Shown: positions 50,767-64,000 of the stretch, in pieces
Layout of the letters: the number at the start of each line of letters is the position of its first letter
How positions within the stretch are numbered: the first letter of the stretch is position 1
DNA from: Amoebidium appalachense
Taxonomy: Eukaryota > Protista > Ichthyosporea
Direction: 5' to 3'
Assembly (NCBI GenBank): GCA_963693365.1
Contig: CAVNZM010000016.1
Span: 5,873,029 to 5,937,028 of the forward strand
Length of the DNA: 64,000 nt
Made by a program: the position numbers and the translations under genes
Notes under the pieces: generated by a model
What the model saw: only the letters and a program-made list of their open reading frames with translations
Databases searched by the model: none
What the model was told of the DNA's origin: nothing

Positions 50767-51874
50767 CCTCCTTCCCCCCAAACCCTCCCTTTCCCCTTGC
50801 CCCCCTCCCCATTCTTGCCCTCCCCTCCACCCCAATTCCCCTCCTTCCCTCCCCCCCCCTCCCCCCTCCTCCCCATATATTCCCCTCCGCCCCTCCCCCT
50901 CCCCCCTCCCCCCTCCCCCCTCCCCCCCTCCCCCCCCCCCCTTCCCCCGCGCCCCTCAACGGGTCACGGCAAATTCTCCTCTCTATATCTGCCCCATACC
51001 CAACCCCCTTCACCCATATCCAGGTCTTGCCAGTAGAGATTACTACCGGATCCCCCCCCCCCCCCTCCCCCCTCTCCCCCTCAATCCCCTTTTTCCAGAG
51101 GCAATATTACAACCATCCAAGCTAACTCAAAGCAACCACCGCTTCTTCCATTTTAAGCCTCAATCGAGGATGATCCGATCGAGGATTTAAGTTTGCCCTG
51201 GCGCGGCTTGTGAAATCCTCGATCCCATAACGCTATCGAGGGCTCAGATTTGGTGGGAAAAAATTGTGCACAGAATGACGTCACTCCCTCGATGGCTTGA
51301 TAAGATCGAGAATTTCACAGGCCGAGCCAGGGCAATCTGAAATCCTCGATCAGATCAACCTCGATTGGGTCTTAAAATGGTAGAAGCGGTGGTTGCTTTA
51401 ATATCTTATTTATCAAATCTGCTTTATCTTTATTTTAATTCTCTACAGGTGTAAAAGGCACTCATCGAAAATGCAAGCGACAGCAGAATCGGAAAATCTC
51501 TGATGTTACAGGTGCAGCTCCCAGCAATGCCCTCCCCACCAACCCCTCCGGCCCCAACAAAGTCCTAAACGCAAATTTCCCGATCGGCGATTGCGTCAGT
51601 GCCGTCCCGCAGATCTCAAACGAATGGTGCGCCAAGACTGGCTGCCCGATGAATTTGCGTCCGATCTGTGCCCGGCAAATCTCCCTTTGCGCCCACCGGG
51701 ACCATTGCGATTACCTGCGTTTCCGCGAAACCTGGTGCGATCTCCGACAATTGGTGCCAGCAGGTGGGGTGTGCCGATTCGTTTATTCAGACTGGAGTAT
51801 GTAAGAAAATTCCCCCCACGGAGAACCGGGGTTTCCAATGCAGCCTTACCCCCAACCATAAGTGCCCCAAGTAG
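43609..51874 (+). pseudogene. Subtilisin-like S8 (proteinase K subfamily) serine protease with an I9-type propeptide and a Cys-rich C-terminus; probably pseudogenised
   Basis: Exons at about 43609-43781, 44270-44546 (VEKIRNHSKVKYVQE), 45013-45192 (WGLDRIDQ...VYVVDTG), 45678-45812 (HGHGTH), 46103-46133 (GVAPKA), 46753-46979 (SISLG), 47919-48022 (VAAGND...VLTVGA), 48976-48998, 49860-49943 (VDIWAP...SGTSM), 50658-50727 (ATPH) and 51449-51874. The Asp/His/Ser triad is present, but there is an in-frame TAA at 51452-51454 and several frameshifts. Start exon not found. Confidence 0.8.
51131..51397. mobile_element. MITE of about 267 bp with long imperfect TIRs, possibly Kolobok-type, in the last subtilase intron
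   Basis: Left agcaaccaccgcttcttccattttaagcctcaatcgagg... is the reverse complement of right ...cctcgattgggtcttaaaatggtagaagcggtggttgct over roughly 100 bp. Flanks are tcaa and ttaa (degenerate TTAA TSD), with 5'-AG termini. Confidence 0.85.
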
Positions 51875-52988
51875 GTGAATTACGACGCCCGAATTTTTCA
51901 CAATAGGAAATTTGTACTGCTTTCGCGTTAAGAGTGACTAGATAAGTTGCACCGTGTGAAGTTGTTAAAAACGCTGGCGACCGAGGCTAGCCATGCAGGG
52001 TTTTACATATTAGTTTTTAATATTTATCTTTATTATTTATATTTATATTTTCATTTTTTATTGGCTTGAGAGAAAGCCTTCTAAAGAGGTGTGATAGTGC
52101 ATTGGATATGTAGATTTACGGCATCATATCCCATAGGGATATCAGGTTAACCCGTTGAAGTGGGAAACTCTGGATGGCTGTAAGTGGTGCTGCGGTTATG
52201 GGGGTCGCCCACTTAAACATAACGATAAACTTGCACAATATCGAAAGTTTCTGGTGTGATCATGATATGGCTAACACCGCTAAAGTATCACTTACCTTAT
52301 AAGGTAATGCTGCGGAACGTTATTCCCGATCCTTTCGAAAAGGTGCACCCTGTGTCCACATGGGCATGCGATTCAATACATGTAGTGGGTATGACTGTAC
52401 TTATAATAAAAATATGCAAAAGGTTAAGGGCACCAAAAGAGAAGTCCGGGGATCATCCCCCCCCCCCCCCCCCCCCCCCCGCCCCCCGCTCGCCCAGGGC
52501 GCATTTATGGGGCAAAAGGAAAAAAAGATGCGCACGAACACACGTTTACAAGCACGTACACACAAACTGTGTCACACAAGCATGCACACGCGCACGCACA
52601 CACACAATACACACACGTACGTACACCTTGGAGTATGCACACCCACAATCCCTCCCGCCGTCTCACACACGCACACACACGCACACACCAACACACACAC
52701 CACACATGCACACGTACGGGTGCCAAGCTTTGAGTATGCATTCCCACACTCCCTCCCGCCTTCAAGTCTTACATGCAGACTTCATATTGTACACAACTAG
52801 CCTAAGTTACGCAGGGTATCATGATAGTGCTGCAAGTTGTAGGCCCGAGAGCACACCTCTTGCAATGATGCGTACACCTCTTGCAATGATGCGTGAATGC
52901 GGTCTACTAGATATGTAGCTGTGTATGCATACGTCATGCTCACATCTGCCTGTCAGTGTGTGCATCATGTAGGTTGGTGTGTGAGGGC

Positions 52989-53034
<46 letters not shown>

Positions 53035-53662
53035 TGTGTGCACGCATGTACGTGTGAGTGCATTATGTTTTTGTCCCTTTTTTTTTTTTTTTTTTTTTTT
53101 GGGGGGGGGGGGGGTATTTGGCTTCCAATATATATCGAAGACATGATGTATAAGTACGACACGGCTCATGAACAAGGTATGATGTCGATTTAAATATTTT
53201 CCCCTGGGTCATGCAAATGGACAGTTATCCGGCAAGTTGCATATCTGTGCCTGCACAAGCAGGATATATTTACAGGCTGGGATGTGAATTCATGCTTCAA
53301 ACAGGCAGATACTAATGCAGCAATGGAAACTAACAATTGGCTGAAAATCAGCACGGCACACAAAACCATTCAATAATCGAGAGCATTCGAGAAATTCTCA
53401 AGGCATCGAATAATTATTTTAGATTTCTTGTCAAGTGGGTTTTAGATTTTTCATGGGTTCCTGGGGAACGGGGGAGTCTCCCAAGTTTCAACCACACTAC
53501 AATTAACTCAGCAACCAATAGCCAACCCACATACAATTCTCAACATCCAATATAACACGTTTTCCGATAGATTCACAATATTCGCTAGATATCCCGACTA
53601 TCTAATGTGGTGCCGGGATACTCCATGAAATTCGTAACATGTTAGCTAGATATACCAACTAT

Positions 53663-63521
<9,859 letters not shown>

Positions 63522-64000
63522 CTGTGCCCCCCCTGTTAATACTACTTACCCCCCCCCCCCCCCCCCCTGTCCCCCTCCATCCCTTCCTCCTTGCTAGCCC
63601 CACCGTCCTGCAGAGGCAGTCCCCGAAACAGACATCTGTAATTTTGTAAGAACTGTGCACTTTAAACAGACACAGACACATGCCACCACAGGCACGAACA
63701 CGTACACACACACAGACACACACACACACACATGTGCATGCACACGCACATATGCAAGAACGCACGCACGCACACACACACACACACGCACAAACAGGGG
63801 GAGAGAGAAACCTACACCCCACACCCAGACCGCCCAGATGCACACTTGCGAAAAAACAGGACGACGAACACACACCCATACATATACACCCACCCCTACC
63901 CTCCCACCCACCCAACCACCGACCCCACCTCCCCCTGGCCTCCGCCCCCCACTCCCCCCTTCCCGACCCACCCACCAACCCACCCACGGGTGCCCCCCTC

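Noticed and set aside
51452-51454. In-frame TAA as evidence of stop-codon reassignment
   Set aside because: There is no internal TAA/TAG in the RPB2, GPCR or ARP5 exons, ARP5 ends at TAG at the expected position, and the subtilase has other lesions.

Overview
Intron-rich eukaryotic genomic DNA, probably from a non-metazoan opisthokont or similar protist; this is an inference from CTRAY branch points with little polypyrimidine tract, a class C GPCR and a proteinase-K-type subtilase. Introns are full of (CA)n/(TG)n, poly-C/poly-G and (GA)n tracts, so almost every entry in the six-frame ORF track is a repeat artefact. Genes reconstructed by hand: the first coding exon of a PRP18-like splicing factor (-), head-to-head with a complete 31-exon RPB2 (+, 1933-21366, about 1216 aa); a 10-exon class C GPCR (-, 24378-35895); an intronless, damaged AAAP/AVT amino-acid transporter whose 5' end is a perfect 32-bp hairpin; a 61-aa single-TM ORF; a multi-exon S8 subtilase with a premature stop and frameshifts; and the 3' part of ARP5 (-). 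Two MITEs are present. Most interesting signals: (1) degenerate tandem 'echoes' of exon ends with their splice sites inside introns, two of them forming 32-nt candidate poison exons in RPB2; (2) a 23-nt GPCR micro-exon that restores the frame only through an AA (not AG) acceptor; (3) a pre-miRNA-sized hairpin made by inverted duplication of pseudogene coding sequence; (4) an intron grammar with poly-C after the donor and (CA)n directly before the acceptor. Homopolymer errors are evident (RPB2 has a one-base frameshift in a C run), so single-base claims need read support.
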